The notes under the pieces were generated by a model. That model did no database searches. It worked only from the letters and a program-made list of their open reading frames with translations, and was not told the origin of the DNA. From assembly GCA_002269645.1 (NCBI GenBank), contig NIVC01000887.1, positions 62,001 to 126,000 on the forward strand: DNA of 64,000 nucleotides. Direction: 5' to 3'. How positions within the stretch are numbered: position 1 is the stretch's first letter; each line of letters starts with the position of its first letter. This DNA comes from Macrostomum lignano (Eukaryota). The position numbers were made by a program, and so were the translations under genes. Positions 11,634 through 24,673 of this stretch are shown piece after piece.

Positions 11634-12100
11634 AAATCTGCCTACTGACCAACGCCAAGCGAGTAGCCAGCGTGCGCGCCGAGACCTACTGCAACGTGTA
11701 CTCACTGGAGCGGGACAACTTTCTCTCAGTGCTGGACAATCACCCGCTGATGCGCCGCACCATGGAGTCCGTGGCGGCCGAGAGGTTGAGCAAAATTGGC
11801 CAGAATCCGCAGCTTGTGAGCGACCGCGAGGACCTCAAAGAGGACCTGAGCCTGGTGAAGGAGATTGTCGATCGGGCGGCCGAAGCCGACGCCTCAGCAG
11901 GCGGTCACTGCGCTGGCTGCAATCCCGACTCTGTTGCGATCCAAGTCGGCGACGTCGAATGCCCGGGCGCCCGCGGCAGCAGTCAGGCCGAGTCAAAACG
12001 ATCGTCGGGCAAGTCGAAGCTGAGTCTGCGGCTGAAGGCCAGGGCGGCGCGCCTCGGCGAGGCGTTGCCCAGAGCCAGCGGCAGGCAGCACTCGCCTTGA
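11634..12100 (+). CDS. HCN: Terminal exon of an HCN/Ih hyperpolarization-activated cyclic nucleotide-gated channel (end of CNBD + C-tail)
   Basis: Acceptor CCAACAG|AA (phase 1). [25 protein letters not shown]...[19 protein letters not shown] matches the invertebrate Ih CNBD C-terminus. Upstream exons are outside the window. Confidence 0.92.
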
Positions 12101-12588
12101 AGTCCAGTCGGCTACTGAATTTTTCTTCATTTTTAAAAAATCAAATATTTCTACTTACAGTAGCTAGCTGGGAGTGTTTTACAAGCTGCGTCCTAATACC
12201 AACTCCTATTAGTTTCATTTTTTTACAATCAAGCTTAGAAGACCAAAATAAGTTGCCTGCGGCGCCGAAAACCAGTACTAACAAAACTGATTCCCAAAAT
12301 AGAACTTTTACGTTCCAGATTCTTGGTTCTAACCCCCCTACCATATAAACGATGGAAGTTTTCTTAGTTATTTCCACAGAATATAGACAGAATGCCCGAT
12401 CGGCTGTCGCGGGATGTTTGGAAATTAATATGCAAACAAACTACTTTTGTGGTGAAGCGGAGCAGTAGTTATGAAAATTCGATATGCATATATATATTTA
12501 TAATATATGTTGACTCTGCGTATGATTCTATAAACTTAGATACTGCTTCAGAATTTAAAATTAACAGGTTTGGCAGTGCCTAGGCTGA

Positions 12589-12741
12589 TTAATGATTGAT
12601 TCCAGGCTTTCCTAGTTCTACTTGAGCCACAGCAACGATATCTGCCCAGTTTGCAGTTTTTCGAGTGCCGCTATAATCAAGTTCAATGCAATGCTTATGC
12701 AGAGCATTTCGCATGTTCTTTAAGCAATGAGGAACATCGAT
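12589..12741 (-). pseudogene. Remnant of P-transposase central region
   Basis: IDVPHCLKNMRNAL...ANWADI matches the D-x-P-H-x-x-K-x-x-R-N motif of P/THAP9 transposases; lies downstream of the THAP stop codon. Confidence 0.75.
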
Positions 12742-12883
12742 TTAAGCTGGAATCAGTGACTGAACTCCGTCTACTTCGATGCACACGGAAGGGCGATCAG
12801 GATTCGCCCCTAACTGTCGCAAGCACTGCCACTGAGTAGACTCCTGGTCACACACGATGCCGGAAAGCGTGAGTCCCATTCTG

Positions 12884-13100
12884 TTAACTGCAGCGGTAAG
12901 GTTCTGCTGTTTCTTTGTACAGCTGGAGCGTCGGGTATGCCGTGGGCATCAGTCTGACCCCAGGCTCATGTCTCTGGTCAGGACACACGTACATGCTGTC
13001 GGGAAAATGGTGGCTGCACACGACAGCGTTCTTCCACCTCGCTTCGTTTTTCTTGCCCAAGAGGTCTGATCGGAAAATGCGCCGAGCCCAATCTTCACAC
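12884..13100 (-). CDS. THAP-domain protein exon 2
   Basis: Acceptor CTGTAG|G. CEDWARRIFRSDL...VVCSHHF...RLMPTAYPTL completes the C2CH THAP signature (C..C, W, C..HF, AxPT). Spliced total 321 nt is in frame. Confidence 0.85.
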
Positions 13101-13171
13101 CTACAGTAGTTAGGTTTCAGTGAATGACTGTGTGGCAATAGCAGGCAAGTCACGCATGTACATGAACATAC

Positions 13172-13275
13172 CTTTCACGGTTTTCTGGGAAACGATGAAA
13201 TCTCGTTTGTGCAGGACATTTGTTTGTGTAATTCTGGCAGCCATAAGCAGCGCATTGCCTTCTTGATGCTGTCAT
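13172..13275 (-). CDS. THAP-domain protein exon 1 (P element; 106-aa product)
   Basis: MTASRRQCAAYGCQN...FHRFPENRER; donor AG|GTATGT; 71-nt intron with CTAAC branch point. Confidence 0.85.
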
Positions 13276-13689
13276 AATGTTAAAGTTGTCTCTGTTAATG
13301 CCTTCGTTGCTGCCAATCACTGCCTTATTAATGTCAGTAGCAGCAGCCGCTGCCACAGAATATACTGTATATTCTATGGCATCGGCTGCTGCTACTCGCA
13401 GTCTCAGTCGTCTATGGCAGAACCTTTCCGAGCCGCATACGAGTAAGTATAAGTGACTACTATCTTTCTTCACCACAAAAGTAGCTAAATATGCAAATAC
13501 TTTTTGCGGCAGATTTTTCTGCGAGAGGGCTGATCGGCCATTCTGTCTATATTCTGTGGTTATTTCTAAAGGAAGTTTTCTTAGTTCATTTCTAACACTA
13601 AATTTACATCTTTTTAGTATATGGGATTGAAAGCTTCATCGCGATTGGCGAGTGCAGCGTCCTTCTAAATGTACTTTAGTTTTCGATTA

Positions 13690-14125
13690 TAAGACACGGA
13701 GTGCCGTAAAACACAGATACACGTTGGCATATACACTTAGTAAAACAGATTTCTACTTCCAGTTCAGTAGCAAGGAAGAATACATTAGCTATTTTTATAC
13801 TCGTAAAAACAAAGTTTATCAAGCAGCTGAAACAACTTTGATAAGCTTATTAGAAGCCTTAAGTCGTAAACGACTTGCTAATTGGTTCAGCAATAATGTA
13901 CATTGGCCAGCGCCATTGAAATGTACATTGACAAATTTAGGATGCAACTCCGAGAAAGGCGATAAAAATTGGGCGGGGCGGTGGAGGTTTGGTATGGAAA
14001 GACGCGGTTGGAGGGTTTAAGCTAGGGGGTAAGTTAAGGAGCTTGTCTTTAAAAATGCATTAATTTTTTTCTGTTTAACCCTTACTACTGAGCTGAAAGT
14101 AGCTGATACGCAAATGTGCTAAGCG
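13690..14125 (-). repeat. Diverged dispersed repeat, inverted partner of 11190-11580
   Basis: ACTTGCTAATTGGTTCAGCAAT and CTTACTACTGAGCTGAAAGTAGCT are reverse complements of blocks in 11190-11580. Confidence 0.7.
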
Positions 14126-14325
14126 GCCTATTTAGCTTATTCTAGTATCTGTGGGTACAAAGCAATGCAGTGTTTTCCTGCCAATTTAAAACAAGTCTAA
14201 TTAGATATTTTTGTAACCTTAGTAGATTCAGTACGATTGACAAATCTATGCAATTTGCTTTTCATGACTTTTACGAGTATTAAATTTTTTTCACAAATAA
14301 AATCAATAGAGAACCGGAGATTCAG

Positions 14326-15010
14326 AGGGGTGAGACTGAGAGAGGTAAGGGTGAGAGTGAAAATGAGAGTAAGGGCGGGAGTGAGGGTGGGAGTGAGGGA
14401 GAGAGTGAGAGGGTGAGAGTGAGGATTAAACTGAGACTGAGACTGAGACTGAGGGTGGGAGTGAGGGAGTGAGGGTGGGAGTGAGGGAGTGAGGGTGGGA
14501 GTGAGGGCGGGAGTGAGGGTGGGAGTGAGAGTGGGAGTGAGGGTGGGAGTGAGGGCGGGAGTGAGAGTGGGAGTGAGGGCGGGAGTGAGGGTGGGAGTGA
14601 GGGTGGGAGTGAGGGTGGGAGTGAGGGCGGGAGTGAGGGCGGGAGTGAGGGCGGGAGTGAGGGTGGGAGTGAGGGTGGGAGTGAGGGCGGGAGTGAGGGC
14701 GGGAGTGAGGGCGGGAGTGAGGGCGGGAGTGAGGGCGGGAGTGAGGGTGGGAGTGAGGGCGGGAGTGAGGGCGGGAGTGAAGGTGGGAGTGAGCGTGGGA
14801 GTGAGAGTGGGAATGAGGGCGGGAGTGAGGGCGGGAGTGAAGGTGGGAGTGAGGGCGGGAGTGAGGGCGGGAGTGAGGGCGGGAGTGAGGGCGGGAGTGA
14901 GGGCGGGAGTGAAGGTGGGAGTGAGGGCGGGAGTGAGGGCGGGAGTGAGGGCGGGAGTGAGGGCGGGAGTGAGGGCGGGAGTGAGGGCGGGAGTGAGGGA
15001 GGGAGTGGGT
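14326..15010. repeat. 12-bp G-rich minisatellite (GGGAGTGAGGGC/T)n
   Basis: Roughly 50 visible tandem copies; explains the PALT/HSRP/VRAG pseudo-ORFs. Confidence 0.95.
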
Positions 15011-15250
15011 GTGAGAGTGAGCTGGAGACCGAAAGACAAGCAAAATTGCAGTAAAGATGCGGTCCCATATTTAATTAGTGCAAAAACACTAAAACGCTCT
15101 AATCCCGCGAATGATACGTCTATGACCAAAACCACTCCTTTAGAAGCATAGATGAAGGGAAGTAAAGGATTTTATTCCACGGGGAGAAGTGACGCTGCAG
15201 TGCTGCTACTCACAGCAATTCGTCATCATTCAACTCAGCTCAATCAAGCA

Positions 15251-16030
15251 ATGTCTGGCAAAACCCCGTACGGGCGGATCAGCGCCGTGTCTCACAGGAC
15301 TCGAATGCTGGACCTCGACGACAGCGGTACCACTGGCGGCGCTGGCGGAGTCGTTGGAGGCGGCGGTGGCGGCATTGGCGGTATCGGCCACGTTGTCGTG
15401 GGCGGCCGGGCGCTGACGATCCGGACAGCAATCAGCCTGGGCGAACAGCCGGTGTCCGAGCATCCGGAGGAGTCCGAGTCGGACGAGGAACGGTTCGGCC
15501 TGGTGCGAAACAGCGGCGAGTGCCGCCTGATGCGCGCCATCAACGAGGTGTTCAGCCTGAACAGCCGGCGCTGCAGCATGGGCTGCCTGTACAACATGGA
15601 CGAGATCATCCCCAGCGGCTACTTGCTGCTGATTGACGAGCAGAACAGGTCCTGGTTCCGCATGCACATGCGCGCCGGGGATGTCCCGGTCAGTCAATGG
15701 TACTCCAGCTTCCTAGCCATGATGCAGGAGTCGCTCGACGGCGAGGCTCGCGGTCGGATGTTCCAGGCCGGCAACTGCCACGTGTTCGCCGGAGCCGGTC
15801 GGCAGGCCGCCATCGCCGGGGCGCCGCTGCACTGTCGCCGTTTCGCGTACGTGCCGTGCGAGGTGCTTGAGCATCCGAAGTTGATGCTGCACCACCTGCC
15901 GATCAGTCCGGATCAACTGCTGCTGCTTGATCACGCTATGCAGGCGGCCGCCTACGTGCCCGTCACTGTGGTGGTGGGGGTGGCCAAGCAGCTGGAGTTG
16001 CCGACCAGCCCGCAAGCCGAGGCCACGTGA
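15251..16030 (+). CDS. Intronless protein of unknown function (~259 aa from ATG 15251; ORF open from 15152)
   Basis: Strong GC3 bias like neighbouring real exons; Gly-rich N-terminus followed by a globular-looking Cys/His-containing region. No family recognised. Confidence 0.65.
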   Translation: MSGKTPYGRISAVSHRTRMLDLDDSGTTGGAGGVVGGGGGGIGGIGHVVVGGRALTIRTAISLGEQPVSEHPEESESDEERFGLVRNSGECRLMRAINEVFSLNSRRCSMGCLYNMDEIIPSGYLLLIDEQNRSWFRMHMRAGDVPVSQWYSSFLAMMQESLDGEARGRMFQAGNCHVFAGAGRQAAIAGAPLHCRRFAYVPCEVLEHPKLMLHHLPISPDQLLLLDHAMQAAAYVPVTVVVGVAKQLELPTSPQAEAT

Positions 16031-16064
16031 CCCAGCTCACGTGCTCAATCTAGTTGCATTCCCT

Positions 16065-16325
16065 CCGGTTGAACCTCCTGACACTCTGATTGCATCACCT
16101 CCAGTTGCAACTTTTGATACTCTGATTGCATCACCTCCAGTTGCACCTCCTGACACTCTAGTTGCACTTCCTGACTCTCCAGTTGCACCCCCTGACACTC
16201 CAGTTGCACCTCCTGACACTCCAGTTGCCCATTCTCTTGACACTCCAGTTGCACCACCTCCTGACACTCCAGTTGCACCACCTCCTGACACTCCAGTTGC
16301 CCATTCTCCTGACACTCCAGTTGCA
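16065..16325. repeat. 21/24-bp minisatellite (CCAGTTGCACCTCCTGACACT)
   Basis: About 11 visible degenerate copies just downstream of the orphan ORF stop. Confidence 0.9.
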
Positions 16326-16671
16326 CAAATAATTAGAATTTTCATAGCAACAGGCCGCAAAGATTTCGCATAGTTGCTGATTGGTTGTACTCTCTGATTA
16401 CAGCTGCTGCAGACGTGGTCTCTATTTAGACAAGTTTTTAACGAAAAAAGTTTTCAAGAGGAGACGTCGTCAGTCACTCCATATTGATCAGCTTTTTTAA
16501 AAGCAATTTTGTTCAAGTGTCAAACAAGTAGAAATCAATTTTGGTAGGCAATATTGTACAAGATGACATGATTGCTCGAGGCTGAGTGACCAAACTGTTT
16601 TGACTGACAGTTGCGAGATGTGATTTCGACATACATTGAGTTAATTAGTTGAGTTAATTAGGGGTAATTAG

Positions 16672-17175
16672 ACTCACATACCTGTAGGGTACTTAGACTC
16701 AGATACCTGTAGAATACCTAGACTCAGATACCTGTAAGGTACCTAGACTGAGATACCTGTAAGGTACCTAGACTGAGATACCTGTAAGATACCTAGACTG
16801 AGATACCTGTAAGGTAACTAGATTCAGATACCTGTGGAGTACCTAGACTTAAATACTTGTGGAGTACCTAGACTCACATACCTGTAGGAGATTGAGATAC
16901 CTGTAGAATACCTAGACTCAGATACCTGTGGGGTACCTAGAACTCAGATACCTATGGGGTATTTCGACTCAGATACCTGTGGGGTATTTCGACTCAGATA
17001 CCTGTGGGGTATTTCGACTCAGATACCTGTGGGTATTTAGACTCAGATACCTGTGGTGTACCTAGACTCAGATACCTGTGATGTACCTAGGACTCAGATA
17101 CCTGTGGGGTACTTAGACTCAGATACCTGTGGGGTACTTAGACTCAGATACCTGTGGGGTACCTAGACTCAAATA
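16672..17175. repeat. 25-bp minisatellite (GACTCAGATACCTGTGGGGTACCTA)
   Basis: About 20 visible copies. Confidence 0.9.
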
Positions 17176-17355
17176 CCTTTGAGGTCCTTAACTTGAAATA
17201 AAATTAACCATCTTTTAGGCATCGATAAATTTACATAATCGAGACTGTATTGGAGTTCCATTAAAATTTTAAATCAACTAAAACTTGTACGGTAGGTAAA
17301 ACAAGTGCCGGGTCTCTAAAATGAAACAATCACAAATTGGTTTAATCAGTTCAAA

Positions 17356-17768
17356 TTAGGGCGACAAGTGACGATTCGATCCCGGGCCCGACTGCGCCAA
17401 CCTGATCAGGCTCAGCAGGGGGCTCTGCTGCCTCTCCGCCGGGCAGTTGGCGCACTTTTGAAAGTACGAATCGTCTGTCAGGCAGAGGTCGGTGCCGCAG
17501 TCGGTGGACTGTAGCAGGCGACGGTTGTGGCGCAGTGGCTGCTGCCGCGGCGGCGGTCGCAGAACAGGACGATCCGACTTGGAGGACGACGCTTCGGAGC
17601 GCCGACCGCGCAGCCTGTCGCAGGTGAGGATGCTGGCGAAGGCGCGCTTGAAGTCGCGATTCCAGCAGGCGTAAATGACCGGGTTGCACAGCGAGTTGCA
17701 GTAGCCCAGCCAGAATGCCACTTTGAACACCAGCTCGGGGATGTCGCAGGACTTGCAGAAGATCGACT
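17356..17768 (-). CDS. ADRA1: ADRA1-like GPCR coding exon 3 (TM7, C-tail); spliced total 464 aa
   Basis: CCGCAG|AG; [27 protein letters not shown]. 874+108+413 = 1395 nt, in frame. Confidence 0.9.
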
Positions 17769-17799
17769 CTGCGGAGTTTTAGGGCTTCACTGCATTGGT

Positions 17800-19548
17800 T
17801 TAGTGAATGCTAGCTTAGTGAATGGTAGCTTAGTGAATGGTAGCTTATTGAATGATAGCTTAGTGAATGGTAGCTTAGTGAATGCTAGCTTAGTAAATGG
17901 TAGCTTAGTGAATGGTAGCTTAGTGAATGGTAGCTTAGTGAATGATAGCTTAGTGAATGGTAGCTTAGTGAATGGTAGCTTAGTGAATGGTAGCTTAGTG
18001 AATGGTAGCTTAGTGAATGATAGCTTAGTGAATGGTAGCTTAGTGAATGGTATCTTAGTGAATGCTAGCTTAGTGAATGCTAGCTTAGTGAATGGCAGCT
18101 TAGTGAATGGTAGCTTAGTGAATGCTAGCTTAGTGAATGCTAGCTTAGTGAATGGCAGCTTAGTGAATGGTAGCTTAGTGAATGCTAGCTTAGTGAATGC
18201 TAGCTTAGTGAATGGCAGCTTAGTGAATGATAGCTTAGTGAATGGTAGCTTAGTGAATGCTAGCTTAGTGAATGCTAGCTTAGTGAATGGCAGCTTAGTG
18301 AATGGTAGCTTAGTGAATGTTAGCTTAGTGAATGCTAGCTTAGTGGTGAATGGTAGCTTGGTGTGAACGGTAGCTTAGTGAATGCTAGCTTAGTGGTGAA
18401 TAATAGCTTGGTGTGAATGCTAGCTTAGTGGTGAACGGTAGCTTGGTTTGAACGGTAGGTAGTATGATGCAATGGCGCGGCGCGGAGTTTGAAAGCTTCA
18501 CTGCAATGGTTTAGTGAATGCTAGCTTAGTGAATGTTAGCTTAGTGAATGCTAGCTTAGTGAATGGTAGCTTAGTGAATGGTAGCTTAGTGATTGGTAGC
18601 TTAGTGAATGTTAGCTTAGTGAATGGTAGCTTAGTGAATGGCAGCTTAGTGAATGGTAGCTTAGTGAATGCTAGCTTAGTGAATGGTAGCTTAGTGAATG
18701 GTAGCTTAGTGAATGCTAGCTTAGTGAATGCTAGCTTAGTGAATGCTAGCTTAGTGATTGGTAGCTTAGTGAATGCTAGCTTAGTGAATGCTAGCTTAGT
18801 GAATGCTAGCTTAGTGAATGCTAGCTTAGTGAATGGTAGCTTAGTGAATGGTAACTTGGTGTGAATGGTAGCTTGGTGTGAATAGTAGCTTGGTGTGAAT
18901 GGCAGCTTAGTGAATGGTAGCTTGGTGTGAATGGTAGATTGGTGTGAATGGTAGCTTGGTGTGAATAGTAGCTTGGTGTGAATGTTAGCTTAGTGAATGG
19001 CAGCTTAGTGTGAACGGTAGCTTGGTGTGAATGGCAGCTTAGTGAATGGTAGCTTGGTGTGAATGGTAGCTTGGTGTGAATGGTAGCTTGGTGTGAATGG
19101 TAGCTTAGTGAATGGCAGCTTAGTGTGAACGGTAGCTTGGTGTGAATGGCAGCTTAGTGAATGGTAGCTTGGTGTGAATGGTAGCTTGGTGTGAATGGTA
19201 GCTTGGTGTGAATAGTAGCTTGGTGTGAATAGTAGCTTAGTGAATGCTAGCTTGGTGTGAATAGTAGCTTGGTGTGAACGGTAGCTTAGTGAATGCTAGC
19301 TTGGTGTGAATAGTAGCTTGGTGTGAACGGTAGCTTAGTGAATGCTAGCTTAGTGGTGAACGGTAGCTTAGTGGTGAACGGTAGCTTGGTGTGAATAGTA
19401 GCTTGGTGTGAATAGTAGCTTGGTGTGAACGGTAGCTTAGTGAATGCTAGCTTAGTGGTGAACGGTAGCTTAGTGGTGAACGGTAGCTTAGTGGTGAACG
19501 GTAGCTTAGTGGTGAACGGTAGCTTGGTGTGAATAGTAGCTTAGTGAA
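17800..19548. repeat. 15/17-bp minisatellite (TAGCTTAGTGAATGG / TAGCTTGGTGTGAATGG) filling GPCR intron 2, in two blocks
   Basis: Visible tandem copies; a non-repeat junction at ~18460-18515 splits the array. Confidence 0.95.
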
Positions 19549-19569
19549 TGGTGCAATGGCGCGGCTCAC

Positions 19570-19677
19570 TGAATGGGTACAAGAAGAAGAAGGGCAGCCA
19601 GCACAAGATGAAGACGCCAACAACGATCCCCAGCGTCTTTGCCGCCTTTTTCTCGTGCTTGAATCTTGCCAGCTTGC
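19570..19677 (-). CDS. ADRA1: ADRA1-like GPCR coding exon 2 (TM6)
   Basis: TTCCAG|GC...[35 protein letters not shown]...A|GTGAG; 108 nt, phase 1-1. Not in the ORF track. Confidence 0.9.
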
Positions 19678-20029
19678 CTGGAAGAGGATTAAAAAATTTG
19701 CGAAGTTATTATCGAACTGTATATTTTGATTGACAGCCTATAGCCTGATTAGTAATTGCAATTAAGGTGCATCAAGTATAACCAACAGGTATGGCTATAT
19801 AAAATCAGGCTTCCCAGATCAGTCAAATCACACGTGAATTCTCGCAGTGTTGTTTACAAACCGAAAATAAAGTGAATAATTAAAAATGATGCAAGCAAAC
19901 CTCAACGAAAGCTTTCGCCAAAGCAAATACAATGTATCAAATAAAAATGGGAAATATAGAAATTCAAAAAGTTTTGTGCCAGTGCATTGTTATAGCACAA
20001 TATCCGCCTAGATAGGATTCTGGACATCA

Positions 20030-21350
20030 TTGAACCTGAACCGAACCTGAACGGAACCTGAACGGAACCTGAACCAAACCTCAACCAAGCCTGAACCGAA
20101 CCTGAACCGAACCTGAACCGAACCTGAACCGAACCTGAACCAAACCTGAACCAAACCTAAGCCAAACCTGAACCAAACCTAAGCCAAACCTGAACCAAAC
20201 TTGAAACAAACCTGAGCCAAACCTGAATCTGACCTGAAACAAACCTGAACCAAACCTGAAACAAACCTGAACCAAACCTGAACCAAACCTGAAACAAACC
20301 TGAACCAAACCTGAAACAAACCTGAACCAAACCTGAACCAAACCTAAGCCAAACCTGAACCAAACCTGAAACAAACCTGAACCAAACCTGAAACAAACCT
20401 GAACCAAACCTGAACCAAACCTAAACCAAACCTGAACCAAACCTGAAACAAACCTGAACCAAACCTGAACCAAACCTGAAACAAACCTGAACCAAACCTG
20501 AAACAAACCTGAACCAAACCTGAACCAAACCTAAGCCAAACCTGAACCGAACCTAAGCCAAACCTGAACCAAACCTGAAACAAACCTGAACCAAACCTGA
20601 AACAAACCTGAACCAAACCTGAACCAAACCTGAAACAAACCTGAACCAAACCTGAAACAAACCTGAACCAAACCTGAAACAAACCTGAACCAAACCTGAA
20701 ACAAACCTGAACCAAACCTGAAACAAACCTGAACCAAACCTGAACCAAACCTGAAACAAACCTGAACCAAACCTGAAACAAACCTGAACCAAACCTGAAA
20801 CAAACCTGAACCAAACCTGAAACAAACCTGAACCAAACCTGAACCAAACCTGAAACAAACCTGAACCAAACCTGAAACAAACCTGAACCAAACCTGAAAC
20901 AAACCTGAACCAAACCTGAAACAAACCTGAACCAAACCTGAAACAAACCTGAACCAAACCTGAAACAAACCTGAACCGAACTCGAACCAAACCTGAACCA
21001 AACCTGAAACGAACCTTAACCGAACCTGAACCAAATCTGAACTGAACCTGAACCAAACCTGAAACAAACCTGAAACGAACCTGAAACGAACCTGAAACGA
21101 ACCTGAAACGAACCTGAAACGAACCTGAAACAAACCTGAACCAGACCTGAAACAAACCTGAACCAAACCTGAAACAAACCTGAACCGAACCTGAAACGAA
21201 CCTGAAACAAACCTGAACTGAACCTGAACCGAACCTGAAACGAACCTGAACCAGACCTGAACCGAACCTGAAACAAACCTGAAACGAACCTGAAACGAAC
21301 CTTAACCGAACCTGAACCAAATCTGAACTGAACCTGAACTGAACCTGAAC
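20030..21350. repeat. 11-bp minisatellite (AACCAAACCTG / AAACAAACCTG)
   Basis: About 120 copies in GPCR intron 1. Confidence 0.95.
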
Positions 21351-21944
21351 CATACCGTCTGATCTAAATAACCTCACTACAGTATATGAGAGTCTTGGTT
21401 GTGGTAGGAATATGCAAGAATATTTGGTCTTCATAATCTTTGGTCATAGGCCTGGTAGATGACACAAGTTATAAAATTAACTGAGAATATTAATTTATAT
21501 AACCGCACAATTACCTATTATCAGGAAAATACACACAAAGCAATCAAAACTATAGAACGTATGGAACAAGCCGCTGTGCTAATGATTTTTATAATAAAAT
21601 ATTGTAAATTATAATTAAAACTGAATAAGGTGCCTATTAAAAATATTTTTAATAGCTTTATGATAATTAAGTTCACACGGTTAAATAAAGTCGAGCGATT
21701 AAGCAAAATGAAAATATCGTCAGACAGACAACGGAGATTATTTGAGTGGCATGCGCCTCTAAAAAACCCCTGATGAGCTAGTACTGAGAAGATTCATAAT
21801 TGCTAATGAACTCACTGTGCAACACAGCACGCAGTGTCATTATGTCTGACTGCATTGAGCCTGTAAAAGTTGAGCAACGGTTTGAGGCGGCTGTCTAATG
21901 CGTCTAGGAGTTGGGTGGGGCGTGGAGTGGGTGTTAAGTGAGCT

Positions 21945-22290
21945 AGGGGTTGAGGCAGGGTGTGAGGTGGGCGTCTGTTGAGCGAGGGTTGGGGCAGGGT
22001 GTGAGGTGGGCGTCTGTTGAGCGAGGGTTGGGGCAGGGTGTGAGGTGGGCGTCTGTTGAGCGAGGGTTGGGGCAGGGTGTGAGGTGGGTGTCTGTTGAGC
22101 GAGGGGTTGGGGCAGGGCGTGAGGTGGGTGTTTAGTGAGCGAGAGGTTGAGGCAGGGCGTGAGGTGGGTGTTTAGCGAGCGAGGGGTTGGTTGAGGCAGG
22201 AATTGAGGTGGATATCTAGTGAGCGAGGGGTTGAGGCAGGGTGTGAGGTGGGTATCTAGTGAGCGAGGGGTTGAGGCAGGGTGTGAGGTG
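21945..22290. repeat. ~39-bp G-rich minisatellite (CAGGGTGTGAGGTGGGCGTCTGTTGAGCGAGGGTTGGGG)
   Basis: About 9 degenerate copies. Confidence 0.9.
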
Positions 22291-23146
22291 GGTGTTTAGT
22301 GCATGAGGAGTGAGATGAGTAGTGGGTAGAGCAAGTGTGGTCGTGTAACGTACAACGGGAGAACATTATTGAACATGTTGAATACTTCAATGCTCTGTTT
22401 TTGTTCGTTCGTAGATAGCCAGCACAGATGAAATAGTAAAGTTCGAACACAGTATATAGCCAATAGTTATTAAATGCATCCAATCCGTATCCGTGCAATA
22501 AAGTTCAAAATTCAACATTATGGTTGCTAAAAAGGTCAAATACTTATAAATAACCGATATTTCCACAAAAACATAAAAAACACTGAATAGTGAAATGAAG
22601 GCAATCATTTGTTGAGCTAACAAGTGTGATTTCAGCAATAAAATGTGCCACTATTAGGAACTAGCGATACACCTATTCGACTTACCTTGGTCAAGTCGGA
22701 GACTTCTGTCTACAAAGAAATACAATATTACGAGCCGTAAATAGAAAGTTTTGTTTGATTTTTCAGTTTGATCTACCTGTGAGAACAAAATTCACTAGTC
22801 AGTTTGGGATCGCTAACAGAAGATTCTCCTTCACTCAGTATGGCGCTCAGACACCCAGCGCGCCCATCCATTGAAGCAAGGATGTTCCACTAATTGGCTC
22901 CACACCTGGGCTGGGCATCCTTCCTGCATCCTTTGCCGCTCACAATTCAGCTGCAGCCCGTAGGAGCGCCTTTCTTTTGCAACTCGACTGAGGCTTTTTA
23001 ATTAACTAAGGTGTAAGAAAGACTTGCTACGATACTTGGGCTGGCGCTTGGATACAAATTGGTAGGTGCTGCTGTGACCTGTCCTGGATATCTCCCACGG
23101 CGGATTAATTAGCAAGGCGTGTCTGAGACTGCTGGCTTAGCTACAA

Positions 23147-24673
<1,527 letters not shown>

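Larger units (their letters stand above)
12375..13558 (-). mobile_element. Internally deleted P-element-superfamily DNA transposon (1184 bp)
   Basis: TIR CACAGAATATAGACAGAATG (20 bp perfect, CA..TG termini). 8-bp TSD GTTATTTC at 12367-12374 and 13559-13566. Contains a THAP ORF and a P-transposase remnant. Confidence 0.9.

Noticed and set aside
14197-15151. Long low-complexity ORFs (PALT/HSRP/VRAG)
   Set aside because: Translations of the 12-bp minisatellite, open in several frames on both strands.
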